From: an uncultured Actinomycetes bacterium | GTDB lineage: Bacteria; Actinomycetota; UBA4738; HRBIN12 | Assembly (NCBI GenBank): GCA_963704885.1 | Contig: CAVPIB010000004.1 | Location: forward strand, 1,072,793 to 1,136,792 | Reading direction: 5' to 3' | Length of the DNA stretch: 64,000 nucleotides | In this document: positions 10,480 to 19,791 of the stretch, piece after piece | Numbering within the stretch: position 1 is the first letter of the stretch | How the letters are laid out: each line of letters opens with the position of its first letter | Made by a program: the position numbers and the translations under genes | The notes under the pieces: model-generated | What the model was told of the DNA's origin: nothing | Databases searched by the model: none | What the model saw: only the letters and a program-made list of their open reading frames with translations

Positions 10480-11058
10480 GTGAGCAGGCGTTCGCTCCCT
10501 CTCCTGCTGGCGGCGACGATCTTCGCGTCGCTGATGGTTAGCCCCGGCTCCGCGACCGCGAGGCAGGCCCCTTACCGGCCCGATGCATGGATCAAGCTGT
10601 GCGGCCTCAGCACGGGCTGCACGATCGATCCTCTCCCGCATCCATGGCTCGGCGACAACGTCTACAACCGGACGGGAGCAAGGCAGAAGATCGCCGTTCG
10701 GTTGGAGGACGGAGAGGACGTCCGGTTCTGGATCACGCTTCAGAACGACAGCGAACAAGAGGACTCGATCAGGGTCAAAGGCTGTAAGGGAACCCGGCTG
10801 TTCGTGATCATCGCGGTGAAGATCGGCTTCCTGAAGCGCCCGGACTGGCGACCGAAGGACGTCACCGTCGAGTTCAAGAACGGCACGTTGACGTTCCCGT
10901 TCCCACCCGCGTCTGAGGGCAAGAAGGTTCCGCTGACGCTCGCGTTCATCGCACCGACAACGGCCGAGGGTGTCACTTACCGCTGCCCGATCACGATCCG
11001 GTCCCAGAACGACCCGACCCGGCGGGACAGGATCATGGCCATCATGACCACGTACTGA
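10480..11058 (+). CDS. Hypothetical secreted protein
   Basis: Signal peptide MSRRSLPLLLAATIFASLMVSPGSATA; TATACT -10 at 10468-10473 suggests leaderless GTG start. Confidence 0.7.
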   Translation: MSRRSLPLLLAATIFASLMVSPGSATARQAPYRPDAWIKLCGLSTGCTIDPLPHPWLGDNVYNRTGARQKIAVRLEDGEDVRFWITLQNDSEQEDSIRVKGCKGTRLFVIIAVKIGFLKRPDWRPKDVTVEFKNGTLTFPFPPASEGKKVPLTLAFIAPTTAEGVTYRCPITIRSQNDPTRRDRIMAIMTTY

Positions 11059-11090
11059 GCCGGGCGGCCCAGAACCCTAGACTCCGGCGG

Positions 11091-11988
11091 ATGGACAGAA
11101 CCTTCCGCGTCGGCGTGCAGCTACCAGAGGTCGAACGCGAGGTGCGCTTCCCGGAGTACGCGGCCATGGCCCGGGCGGCCGAGGAGGTCGGGTTCGACTC
11201 GATCTGGATGGGCGACCATCTGCTCTACCGTGGCGACGGACGCCCCGAGCGCGGGCCCTGGGAGGCGTGGACGCTCCTAGCCGCGCTGGCCGCGGTCACC
11301 GACCGAGTCCGGCTCGGTCCATTGGTCGCTTGCGCCGGGTTCCACGCGCCCGCGATGCTCGCGAAGATGGCCGCGACGGTCGACGAGATCAGCGGTGGGC
11401 GCCTGGTCCTTGGTCTAGGCGCCGGGTGGAACCGCGAGGAGTTCGACGCGTTCGGCCTGCCGTTCGACCATCGGGCGTCCCGATTCGAGGAGTCGTTCGA
11501 GGTCGATCCGGCGCCTGCTCTCCGGCGAGCGCGTCACGCTTCACGGGCGGTTCTCCCACGTTGACGATGCGGTGCTCCTTCCGGCTCCGGCGCGTCGTCC
11601 GACCTTGATGATCGGCAGCAGCGGTGAGCGAGTGTTGCGGGCCGCACTGCCCCACGTAGACGCGTGGAACACGTGGTACGACCTCTACGGCAACACGCCC
11701 GAGGGGTTCGCGGCAGAGAACGCGAAGATCGACGAGGCGGCCGCGCTGGCTGGCCGGAGGCCTGGCGAGATCATGCGGAGCGCGTGCGTCCGCGTGGTGC
11801 TCGACCGCTCGGCGGACGAGCGACCTATCGACCCCGCGTGCCCGCCGCTCGAGGGTGGCGCGGATCGGATCGCCAACGGCTTGCGCGCGATATCCGAAGC
11901 GGGCGCGGATGAGGTGATCCTGGTCGTGACACCGATCACGGAGACGTCGATCCGCGAACTGGGTGCGGTGCTCGTCGAACTGCGGTAG
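11091..11988 (+). CDS. LLM-class flavin-dependent oxidoreductase (frameshift near 11503)
   Basis: GFDSIWMGDH, LAKMAATVDEISGGRLVLGLGAGW; continues in a second frame PTLMIGSSGERVLR...DAWNTW to stop at 11988. Confidence 0.85.
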
Positions 11989-12206
11989 TCACGCGCGGAC
12001 CGGCGTGGGTGAGTGGTTCGACGGCCCGCATCGACACCATCGCGTCCACGGATCGACACCGACCAGATGCGGCTCAAGCCACCGCCGATAAGGCCACTCC
12101 CCGTCTATACCCTTCAGCCGGTGCACGCCGCGGTTCAGGAACGCGATCTCGGACCCGACCACCAGATCCCCGGCGCGCGGCCGGTCCCTCTGTCCATACT
12201 TGACCC

Positions 12207-13607
12207 ATGAGCTCGGCCGAGCACGTCGACCTGGTGGTGGTCGGGGGCGGCGCGGCCGGCGAGAAGGGCGCCGCACAGGCCGCCTACTTCGGCAAGCGCG
12301 TGGTGGTGGTCGAGCGCCGGTCCGAGCCCGGGGGTGCCACCATCCACACGGGCACGCTCCCCTCGAAGACCCTACGTGAGGCAGCGCTGTTCCTCTCGGG
12401 GTATCGCCAGCGGGACTTGTACGGGGTGTCGGTGGAGGTGTCGCGCGACCTCAGCGTGTCCAGGTTGATCCACCGGAAGGACGCCGTCCGCCGGATGGAG
12501 ACCGAGCGGATGCGCACCAACCTCGACCGCCACCACGTCGAGCTGGTGCACGGTGTGGCGCGCCTGGTGGACGCCACCTCGGTCGAGGTGACCGACAGCG
12601 ACGGTGGCAGGCGTGGGTTCGTCGCCGACGCCGTCCTGATCGCCACGGGCTCCCACCCGTTCCGCCCGCCCGGCATCCCCTTCGACGACCCGGACGTGCA
12701 CGACTCCGACAGCATCCTCGAGATCGACCGGCTGCCCGCCTCGCTCGCGGTCCTGGGCGGTGGAGTGATCGGCTGCGAGTACGCATCGACGTTCGCGGCG
12801 TTGGGCACCGAGGTGCACGTGCTCGAACGGCGGACGCCTCTGCTGTCGTTCCTGGACGGCGAGATCGTCGAGCGGATGATGGAGGGTATGACGGCTCTAG
12901 GCGTGCGGTTCCACCTGGGCGAACGAGCCGACGCCGTCATGCGCCGCGACGCCGAACTCGTGTGCACGCTGACGTCGGGCGACGAGCTCGCGGCGGAGAA
13001 GGTGCTCGTGACGTCGGGCCGTGTAGGCAACACGGCAGAGCTGGGGCTGGAGGCGGTCGGCGTGCAGGTCGACGATCGCGGCCGGGTCGCGGTGGACGGA
13101 TCGTTCCGCACCGCCGTGCCGAGCATCTACGCGGCCGGAGATGTGATCGGGTCGCCGGCCCTGGCGTCCGCGTCGATGGAGCAGGCGCGCGTGGCCGTGT
13201 GCAAGGCGTTCGGGTTCGAGTACAAACAGGAGATATCGAGCCTGATGCCGTTCGCGGTGTACACGATCCCAGAGGTGAGCAGCGTCGGGCTCTCGGCGCA
13301 GGAGGCCGCGGACCGGGGGGTCGACGCCGTCGTCGGGCGCGCGCCGTTCCACGACAACGCTCGTGGGGCGATCATCGGGGACCGCGAGGGGATGACGAAG
13401 CTGGTGTTCGACCGCGCGACGCGGCGGCTGATCGGGATCCAGTGCGTCGGCGAGCGGGCATCCGAGTTGGTGCATGTGGGCCATGCCGTGCTGACGCTGG
13501 GGGGAACGGTCGAGACCTTCATCGACATGGTCTTCAACTACCCAACACTCAGCGAGACCTATAAGTACGCGGCCTACGACGCGCTGGGGAAGATGGAACA
13601 AAGGTAG
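12207..13607 (+). CDS. sthA: Soluble (Si-specific) pyridine nucleotide transhydrogenase
   Basis: HTGTLPSKTLREAA without redox Cys pair, GGGVIGCEYAS, FNYPTLSETYKYAA. Confidence 0.88.
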   Translation: MSSAEHVDLVVVGGGAAGEKGAAQAAYFGKRVVVVERRSEPGGATIHTGTLPSKTLREAALFLSGYRQRDLYGVSVEVSRDLSVSRLIHRKDAVRRMETERMRTNLDRHHVELVHGVARLVDATSVEVTDSDGGRRGFVADAVLIATGSHPFRPPGIPFDDPDVHDSDSILEIDRLPASLAVLGGGVIGCEYASTFAALGTEVHVLERRTPLLSFLDGEIVERMMEGMTALGVRFHLGERADAVMRRDAELVCTLTSGDELAAEKVLVTSGRVGNTAELGLEAVGVQVDDRGRVAVDGSFRTAVPSIYAAGDVIGSPALASASMEQARVAVCKAFGFEYKQEISSLMPFAVYTIPEVSSVGLSAQEAADRGVDAVVGRAPFHDNARGAIIGDREGMTKLVFDRATRRLIGIQCVGERASELVHVGHAVLTLGGTVETFIDMVFNYPTLSETYKYAAYDALGKMEQR

Positions 13608-13614
13608 GCGCCGA

Positions 13615-14760
13615 TCAGGAAGCTGGCACCTTCTTCTGTGGGTCGACGAACGGGATAGGGGCCGTCAGGCCGACACGCCCCCCGTCATCCGTCTCGACGT
13701 CCAGGCGTGTGCCGGGAGCCGCGAGCTCGATCGGCACCCAGACGTAGCCGATGTTCTTCTCCAGACGCGGCGACCAGCACGCGTCGGTGACGTGGCCGAC
13801 CGCCTCGCCCCCGTGCGACACCGGCCAGTGCTGCGTCGGCTGGTCCACCGGCTCGCCTTCCAGTTCGATGCCTACTAGCTTGCGCGACACGCCCTCTCGC
13901 CGGATCCGCTCGAGCGCGGCCTTGCCGATGTAGTCGGCCTCTTGATCCTCCACCAGGCGCTCGAGGCCCGTGATCTCTAACGGGTTGTCTCCCAGGCCGA
14001 TGTCGGACCCCCAATCGAAGATGCCCGCCTCCATACGTCGGATATCCGAGGAGGGCGTGACACGGATGCCGTGCGGCTTGCCGGCGTCGAGGATGCGCTC
14101 CCACAGGTCGTCGCCACGGCTCGGGTCGCGCAGGTAGATCTCGTAGCCGACCACAGCGGTCCAGCCGGTCCGGCTGATCACGACGGGGATGCCGTCGAGG
14201 TCCGTCTCGTCGCACCAGTAGTACTTCATGTCCAACACCCAGTCGCCGAAGAGATCGCGCATCGTGTCCTTGGCCTTGGGTCCCTGTACCTGAACGGGGT
14301 AGACCTCGGGGTGCGTGACCTTCACGTCCATGCCGGAGTTCACGGCGACACCCATCGCATAGAGGCCGGCATCGGAGTCGGCCAGGGCGAGCCACCACCG
14401 GTTCTCCTCGATCCGCAGCAGCACAGGGTCGTTCACGATGCCGCCGTCCTCGGCAGTCATCAGAACGTACTTGCCCTGCTTCACCGCGCACTTGGTGAGA
14501 TCGCGGCAGGTCAGCAGGTTCGTGAACGCGCTCGAGTCGGGTCCCGTGATCTCGACGATGCGCTCGACGCTCACGTCCCAGAGCGTCACGTCGTTCACGA
14601 GCGCCCAGTACTCCTCGATGGGATCGCCGTACGTGTTCGGGTGGTACATGTGCTGGTAGACGTCATAGGCGGAGCAGCCTGCTCGCAGCGTCGCTTCGAA
14701 GAACGGCGACCTGAGGTACCAGGGCCCCCAGTTGAGCGTGGTGTTGTCCGGTATCGCCAT
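13615..14760 (-). CDS. GcvT-family aminomethyltransferase-like protein (DmdA-like)
   Basis: WDVSVERIVEITGPD, VQVQGP, SRTGWT..GYEIY, RRMEAG, WSPRLEKNIGY, PFVDP. Confidence 0.85.
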   Translation of the reverse strand: MAIPDNTTLNWGPWYLRSPFFEATLRAGCSAYDVYQHMYHPNTYGDPIEEYWALVNDVTLWDVSVERIVEITGPDSSAFTNLLTCRDLTKCAVKQGKYVLMTAEDGGIVNDPVLLRIEENRWWLALADSDAGLYAMGVAVNSGMDVKVTHPEVYPVQVQGPKAKDTMRDLFGDWVLDMKYYWCDETDLDGIPVVISRTGWTAVVGYEIYLRDPSRGDDLWERILDAGKPHGIRVTPSSDIRRMEAGIFDWGSDIGLGDNPLEITGLERLVEDQEADYIGKAALERIRREGVSRKLVGIELEGEPVDQPTQHWPVSHGGEAVGHVTDACWSPRLEKNIGYVWVPIELAAPGTRLDVETDDGGRVGLTAPIPFVDPQKKVPAS

Positions 14761-14884
14761 CGGATCCTCCTCGGCTCGGTCGGTTGCGGAGTCTACGGGC
14801 GTCTGCCTCGTAGCCGGTAGCTGGGTTCCCGCACCTGCGCATCATCTTCTCGGTCGTGCTACGAAGACGACGGGAGGGAGTTCG

Positions 14885-15139
14885 TTGGAGAGAGAACGTT
14901 CGAGGCTCACCAGACCGCGGTATCCGATGCCGTCGTCCGTGCGTGATGCACTCACGCGACGGGGGCTCATGGACGCCTATCGGGCGCGCCCCGACTACCA
15001 GCAGAATGACTACATCGGCTGGATCACGCGAGCCAAGCGCGAGGAGACGCAGCAGAGGCGCCTCCAGCAGATGCTGGACGAGCTTCGGCGCGGAGACACG
15101 TATATGAAGATGACCTACCGCCCGAAGGACGGCGCCTAG
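14885..15139 (+). CDS. YdeI/OmpD-associated family protein
   Basis: AYRARPDYQQNDYIGWITRAKREETQQRRLQQMLDEL; GGAGG before TTG 14885 (alternative ATG 14927). Confidence 0.8.
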   Translation: MERERSRLTRPRYPMPSSVRDALTRRGLMDAYRARPDYQQNDYIGWITRAKREETQQRRLQQMLDELRRGDTYMKMTYRPKDGA

Positions 15140-15612
15140 GCGTGCCCCTCGTTCCATACGTCGGTGATCTCCGCGTAGCGGACCGACTGGGATCCGAAGA
15201 GCGGCTTGACGTCCACCTTCACCGACTCCGTTTGCGTGCCAGCCGCGAAGATCACCGAGCCGTGGTCGTGCACGGTCGGGTCCACGATCATCTCGACTTC
15301 GAGTAGCGGCGCAACCGGTGGGAGGGCCCCAAGCTCGAAACCGCCGAAGTCGTGGGTGATCTCGCTCTCATGCGCCAAAGTGACATCGCGATCGTCCAGG
15401 ACGTTCCGCACGAGCGCCATGTCCAGGCGCTCGTCGCTCGGCAGCACCAAGGCCACATGCCGGCCACCGGTGTCGACTATCACTGTCTTCAGCACCTCGT
15501 CGGCCTCGATCCCGAGCGCCTGAGCCTCCGCGATGCCGGTGAACGCCCGTTCGTGCTTCAGGATCTCGTACTCGATCTCCTGCTGCTCCAGGTAGTCCGT
15601 CAACGTCGTCAT
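15136..15612 (-). CDS. YbaK/EbsC aminoacyl-tRNA editing family protein
   Basis: VLKTVI, ELGALPP, FAAGTQTES motifs; GAGG upstream of ATG 15612. Confidence 0.85.
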   Translation of the reverse strand: MTTLTDYLEQQEIEYEILKHERAFTGIAEAQALGIEADEVLKTVIVDTGGRHVALVLPSDERLDMALVRNVLDDRDVTLAHESEITHDFGGFELGALPPVAPLLEVEMIVDPTVHDHGSVIFAAGTQTESVKVDVKPLFGSQSVRYAEITDVWNEGHA

Positions 15613-15878
15613 GACCTCACCCCCGACGACATGAAACACCACCGGGCATCGGTCTGGCAGCGCAGTCCGACCCGCCGCGGGGGGGACCTTTGGCGGGCTC
15701 CCGGCAGCGTCGTTGTCACCGCTGGGCCGTCAAAGTGAACGAGCCGATAGGTCGAGAATCGACACCTGGTTTCGCGTGCCGAAAGACTGACCTCGGGACG
15801 GCCAGCTCCCTTTACCGTACCGTGCCCCCCGGTGTACAAGAGCTTTCCGTAGGGAACATGAGACACGAGGGGGTTCGC

Positions 15879-17159
15879 ATGACGCATCCGAAGGACCGCA
15901 TCCCGCCGCTTTCTCGGAGGGAGTTCCTGCGACGAGCGGCGGTAACGGGCGCGGCCGTGCCCAGCCTGGCGGCGATCCTAGCCGCCTGCGACTCCTCGAC
16001 GGGATCCGGCGGCGATGGTGGCTCGAGCGCGAGCCCGTCTGGCGGACTGCAGCTGGCTCGCCCCGACAGCCCCGTGACCCTGCCCGTCACCGATGCCAAC
16101 CCCGCGATCGTGGACGGGCTGACGCCCGAGCAGGGTCCACTCAAGATCTTCGGATACAACGACTACATCTGGAAGAAGGTGCGGAACGGCTTCGGCGACC
16201 GGTACGGCGTGGAAGTGGAATACACCGTCTTCGACACGCCAGACGAGATGGTCGCGAAGATGCAGTCCAACGGCGCCGACTTCGATCTGATCGTGACGGT
16301 TACGCTCGACAACATCGGGAAGCTGGCCCAAGGCGGCCTGATCCAACCGCTGAACGAAACCTATATCCCCGCGGTCCAGGAGCAGCTTTGGTCGGCGATC
16401 CCGGACTTCTACGACGTCGGGCGCCAGTACTCGGTCCCTTACGTGGTGTTCACCACCGGCATCGCGTGGCGGAACGATCTGGTGAGCGACGACATCGGCG
16501 CCATGGATAACCCCTATGACGTGATGTGGGATCCGGCGTATCAGGGACAGGTCCACCTCCTGAACGGCTCTCGCGACATGATCGCGACAGGTCTGCTCCG
16601 CAAGGGCTACGACCCGAACGAGTCGGACCCCGCGATCCTGGAGCAGGTGAAGCAAGACCTGCTCGCCGGCGCCGATTCGATGGGGTGGAAGTACGACCAC
16701 GTCGACTACACCGAGCTGTCGAACAGCCTGTGGGAGATCCACGGGACTTGGTCCGGGCAGATGGTCTACTACCAGTACTACCTACCGAAGGGCCTGGACA
16801 TCACGGCGGTCTCCTACGCCTGGCCCCCACAGGGCCCGGGCGGGCAGAAGGGCCTGATCTCTCACGACCTGTTCGCGATCTCGAAGGGCGCTGCCAACCC
16901 GGTCCTGGCACACCTGTTGATCGACTACCTCTACGAACCGGACAACGCCCTCCAGAACTACACGTACGAGGGGTATCAGCCAACGGTGCTGTCGCTCGAC
17001 AAGGAGACGGCGCTCGACAAGGGGTACCTGCCCCCCAGCCTGGACTACACGTTCGTGACCGAGGACATGCTCCCTCTCGGGGTGAGCGAGCTGGAGCTCG
17101 CCCCCGCAGTGAACCAGCTCTACCAGCAGATCTACCAAGAAGTGACAGGTGGGGCGTAG
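15879..17159 (+). CDS. PotD/PotF-type ABC substrate-binding lipoprotein with Tat signal
   Basis: SRREFL twin-arginine plus LAAC lipobox; YNDYI, YSVPYVVFTTGIAW, WSG. Confidence 0.88.
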   Translation: MTHPKDRIPPLSRREFLRRAAVTGAAVPSLAAILAACDSSTGSGGDGGSSASPSGGLQLARPDSPVTLPVTDANPAIVDGLTPEQGPLKIFGYNDYIWKKVRNGFGDRYGVEVEYTVFDTPDEMVAKMQSNGADFDLIVTVTLDNIGKLAQGGLIQPLNETYIPAVQEQLWSAIPDFYDVGRQYSVPYVVFTTGIAWRNDLVSDDIGAMDNPYDVMWDPAYQGQVHLLNGSRDMIATGLLRKGYDPNESDPAILEQVKQDLLAGADSMGWKYDHVDYTELSNSLWEIHGTWSGQMVYYQYYLPKGLDITAVSYAWPPQGPGGQKGLISHDLFAISKGAANPVLAHLLIDYLYEPDNALQNYTYEGYQPTVLSLDKETALDKGYLPPSLDYTFVTEDMLPLGVSELELAPAVNQLYQQIYQEVTGGA

Positions 17160-18069
17160 GGACGACTCGGAGGGAACCTGGTTCCCTCGCGCCTTCTGGC
17201 CGTCGTTCGCGGCGCCGGCGACCGTGTGGGTCCTGCTCTTCTTCGTCGCGCCGTTCTACGTCATCTTGTCCGTGGCGTTCGGGGGCCTCGACCAGATCTT
17301 CCTGACAGCCACCCCCATCTACAACCCGCTGCGCTGGAACACGGGTCCATTCCGAGAGGTGACGTCCCAGTTCTTCACGAGTCAGTCGATCACCCAGCAG
17401 ACGTTCGTCCGAACGCTGGTGTACGTGGGGATCGCCACGACGATCAGCCTGCTGATCGGCTACCCGGTCGCCTACTTCATCGCGCGACACGCCGGTCGCG
17501 CCAGGACCGTGTTCCTGGTGGCGTTCATCGCGCCGTTTTGGATCAGCTACATGATGCGGATGTTCGCCTGGGTGAACCTGCTGCAGCCCAAGGGGTACGT
17601 GAACAAGATCCTGCAGTGGCTCGGCATCTTGAATGAACCACGCCTGTGGCTGAACGGGAAGCCTACGACCGTAGTGATGGGGTTGGTCTACGGGTACGTG
17701 CCATACATGATCCTGCCGCTGTACGCCATGCTCGATCGGATCGATCGATCCACGATCGAGGCCGCGCGCGACCTGGGCGCGAGCCAAGCCAGGACGTTCT
17801 TCCGGGTCACCCTGCCACTCTCCCGGCAGGCCATCCTGGCGGGGTGCGTGATCGTCGCCCTGCCGATGTTCGGCGACTACTTCACGCAGACCCTGCTCGC
17901 GAGCACGCGCCAAACGTCCATGTTCGGCAACCTGATCGTGAGCTCCATGGACAGCTCGCTCGTGAACCAGGGAGCGTCGCTCGTGATCATCCTGATCTTG
18001 GTCTTGATCGCGCCGATGCTCTACTACCTGAGGAGCACGAACGCCGCCCGGGAGCTGGCGCGCCGATGA
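17149..18069 (+). CDS. ABC permease, PotB-like
   Basis: IGYPVAYFIA, PFWISYMMRMFAW, EAARDLGAS. Confidence 0.92.
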   Translation: MGRRDDSEGTWFPRAFWPSFAAPATVWVLLFFVAPFYVILSVAFGGLDQIFLTATPIYNPLRWNTGPFREVTSQFFTSQSITQQTFVRTLVYVGIATTISLLIGYPVAYFIARHAGRARTVFLVAFIAPFWISYMMRMFAWVNLLQPKGYVNKILQWLGILNEPRLWLNGKPTTVVMGLVYGYVPYMILPLYAMLDRIDRSTIEAARDLGASQARTFFRVTLPLSRQAILAGCVIVALPMFGDYFTQTLLASTRQTSMFGNLIVSSMDSSLVNQGASLVIILILVLIAPMLYYLRSTNAARELARR

Positions 18070-18947
18070 GCACGCGCGATAGAAGCCCGAAAGCCAAGTC
18101 ACGAGTCTTCGCGTGGACGATGAATCCCTGGGCTCGGGCTCACTTCCTCTGGCTCATCGCTATCGCCTACGTGGTGTGGACCCTGCTTCCCGTGTTCATC
18201 GCGGTCGCCTTCTCCTTCAACGCCGGGAAGGCACAGACCGCGTGGCAGGGCTTCTCTTTGACGCGCTGGTACGTGACGGACGTGAACTCGGTGTGGCAGA
18301 ACGGCGAGCTCCGCTCAGCCCTCTTCCAGAGCCTGAAGCTGTCGGGCGTCACGGTCCTGATAGCTGTGCCCTTCGGGGTCATGTTCGCGCTGGCACTCGA
18401 CCGATGGGAGGCGCGCAGCGCCTCCGCCGCGAACTTCTTGATGCTCTTCTCCTTCATCACACCCGAGATCGCGGTCGGCGTGGGCCTGTTCCTGATGTTC
18501 ACGCAGCTGGTGTCGGGGATCGGCTTGGGGTTCCAAGCGCAGGTGTTCGGCCTGTCGATGTTCGAGTTGGCCTATCCGGTGATCGTGGTCCGAGCTCGCC
18601 TGCTCTCGATCGGCCGAGAGTACGAGGAAGCGGCCATGGACCTGGGTGCCTCGCCGATCGGGGCGATGCGTCGGGTACTCCTACCGTTACTCGCGCCCGC
18701 GATATTCGCGAGCGTGGCTATCGTCTTCGCGTCGGCGATAGACAACTTCGTGATCTCGCAACGGCTGTCGGTGAACGCCTCTACGCAGACGATCCCGATC
18801 ATCATCTATAGCTCGGCGCGGCGGTCGCCGCTGCCCTCGCTGAACGCCCTCGCCACGATCACGCTTGTATCGTCCACGATCCTGGTCGCCGCGGCAGCGA
18901 TCGTCTATCGACGGTTCACGCGCAACGAACGCCGGGTACCCGACTAG
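18066..18947 (+). CDS. ABC permease, PotC-like
   Basis: FSFN...WQGFSL, EEAAMDLGASP; ATG 18066 overlaps upstream stop. Confidence 0.9.
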   Translation: MSTRDRSPKAKSRVFAWTMNPWARAHFLWLIAIAYVVWTLLPVFIAVAFSFNAGKAQTAWQGFSLTRWYVTDVNSVWQNGELRSALFQSLKLSGVTVLIAVPFGVMFALALDRWEARSASAANFLMLFSFITPEIAVGVGLFLMFTQLVSGIGLGFQAQVFGLSMFELAYPVIVVRARLLSIGREYEEAAMDLGASPIGAMRRVLLPLLAPAIFASVAIVFASAIDNFVISQRLSVNASTQTIPIIIYSSARRSPLPSLNALATITLVSSTILVAAAAIVYRRFTRNERRVPD

Positions 18948-18957
18948 GCTCGCTCCC

Positions 18958-19791
18958 GTGGAATACCTCGTTCCGGCCGATGTTGCAGCCGCCGTCGAGA
19001 TACGGGGTACGGGCTGCGCCGTGCTGGCGGGCGGCACCGACCTCTACCCGCAGCACGTCGGGCGTGCGATGACGGGGCCCGTCCTCGACATCGGCGGGCT
19101 CTCAGAGCTCCGCGGCATCGAGCAGACCGCGGACGCCTACAGGATCGGCGCGCTCACGCGATGGGCCGACGTGGCCGCAGCTGCGCTCCCGGCCTGTTTC
19201 GACGGCATCCGAGCCGCCGCCCGCGAGGTCGGATCGGTTCAGGTGCAGAACTCCGCCACGGTGGGGGGCAACCTGTGCAATGCATCACCTGCCGCCGACG
19301 GTATCCCTCCCTTGCTCACGCTGGACGCCTCCGTCGAACTGACGTCGGTGGCCGGGAGTCGCGTGCTGCGGCTCGAGGACTTCCTCACCGGGTACCGCCA
19401 GACGGCGCTCCGGCCCGATGAGCTACTCACCGCGGTCCTCGTTCCTCACGACGCGGACAACGCCCGGTCGGCGTTCCTGAAGCTCGGGCTTCGACGCTAT
19501 CTGGTGATCTCGGTCGTGATGACGGCGGTCGTGGTCGCGGTGGATCTGGATGGTCGGATCGCCGACGCCCGGGTTGCGGTCGGGGCGTGCTCGCCTGTGG
19601 CGCAACGCCTGCCTTCGCTCGAGGCGCAGCTGGTGGGCCGCTCCACCGACGAGCTCGACGAGGCTTCGATCCCCGAGCATCTCTCAACGCTCAGTCCGAT
19701 CGACGATGTGCGAGCGACGGCCGACTACCGGCGCCGGTCCGCGGCGATCCTTCTGCGGCGCGCTCTCCAGAGCTGCGGGGCCGGCCGGTGA
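18958..19791 (+). CDS. Molybdenum hydroxylase FAD subunit (nicotinate dehydrogenase NdhF-like)
   Basis: LAGGTD, VQNSATVGGNLCNASPAAD, FLKLGLRRYLVIS, PIDDVRATADYR. Confidence 0.9.
   Translation: MEYLVPADVAAAVEIRGTGCAVLAGGTDLYPQHVGRAMTGPVLDIGGLSELRGIEQTADAYRIGALTRWADVAAAALPACFDGIRAAAREVGSVQVQNSATVGGNLCNASPAADGIPPLLTLDASVELTSVAGSRVLRLEDFLTGYRQTALRPDELLTAVLVPHDADNARSAFLKLGLRRYLVISVVMTAVVVAVDLDGRIADARVAVGACSPVAQRLPSLEAQLVGRSTDELDEASIPEHLSTLSPIDDVRATADYRRRSAAILLRRALQSCGAGR

Noticed and set aside
11989-12206. Small ORF or ncRNA in the 218-nt gap before sthA
   Set aside because: No convincing RBS/start, motif or stable structure.
15678-15698. DosR/DevR-like box (GGGACCTTTGGC) upstream of ybaK
   Set aside because: Only one half matches and no hypoxia regulon genes are adjacent.
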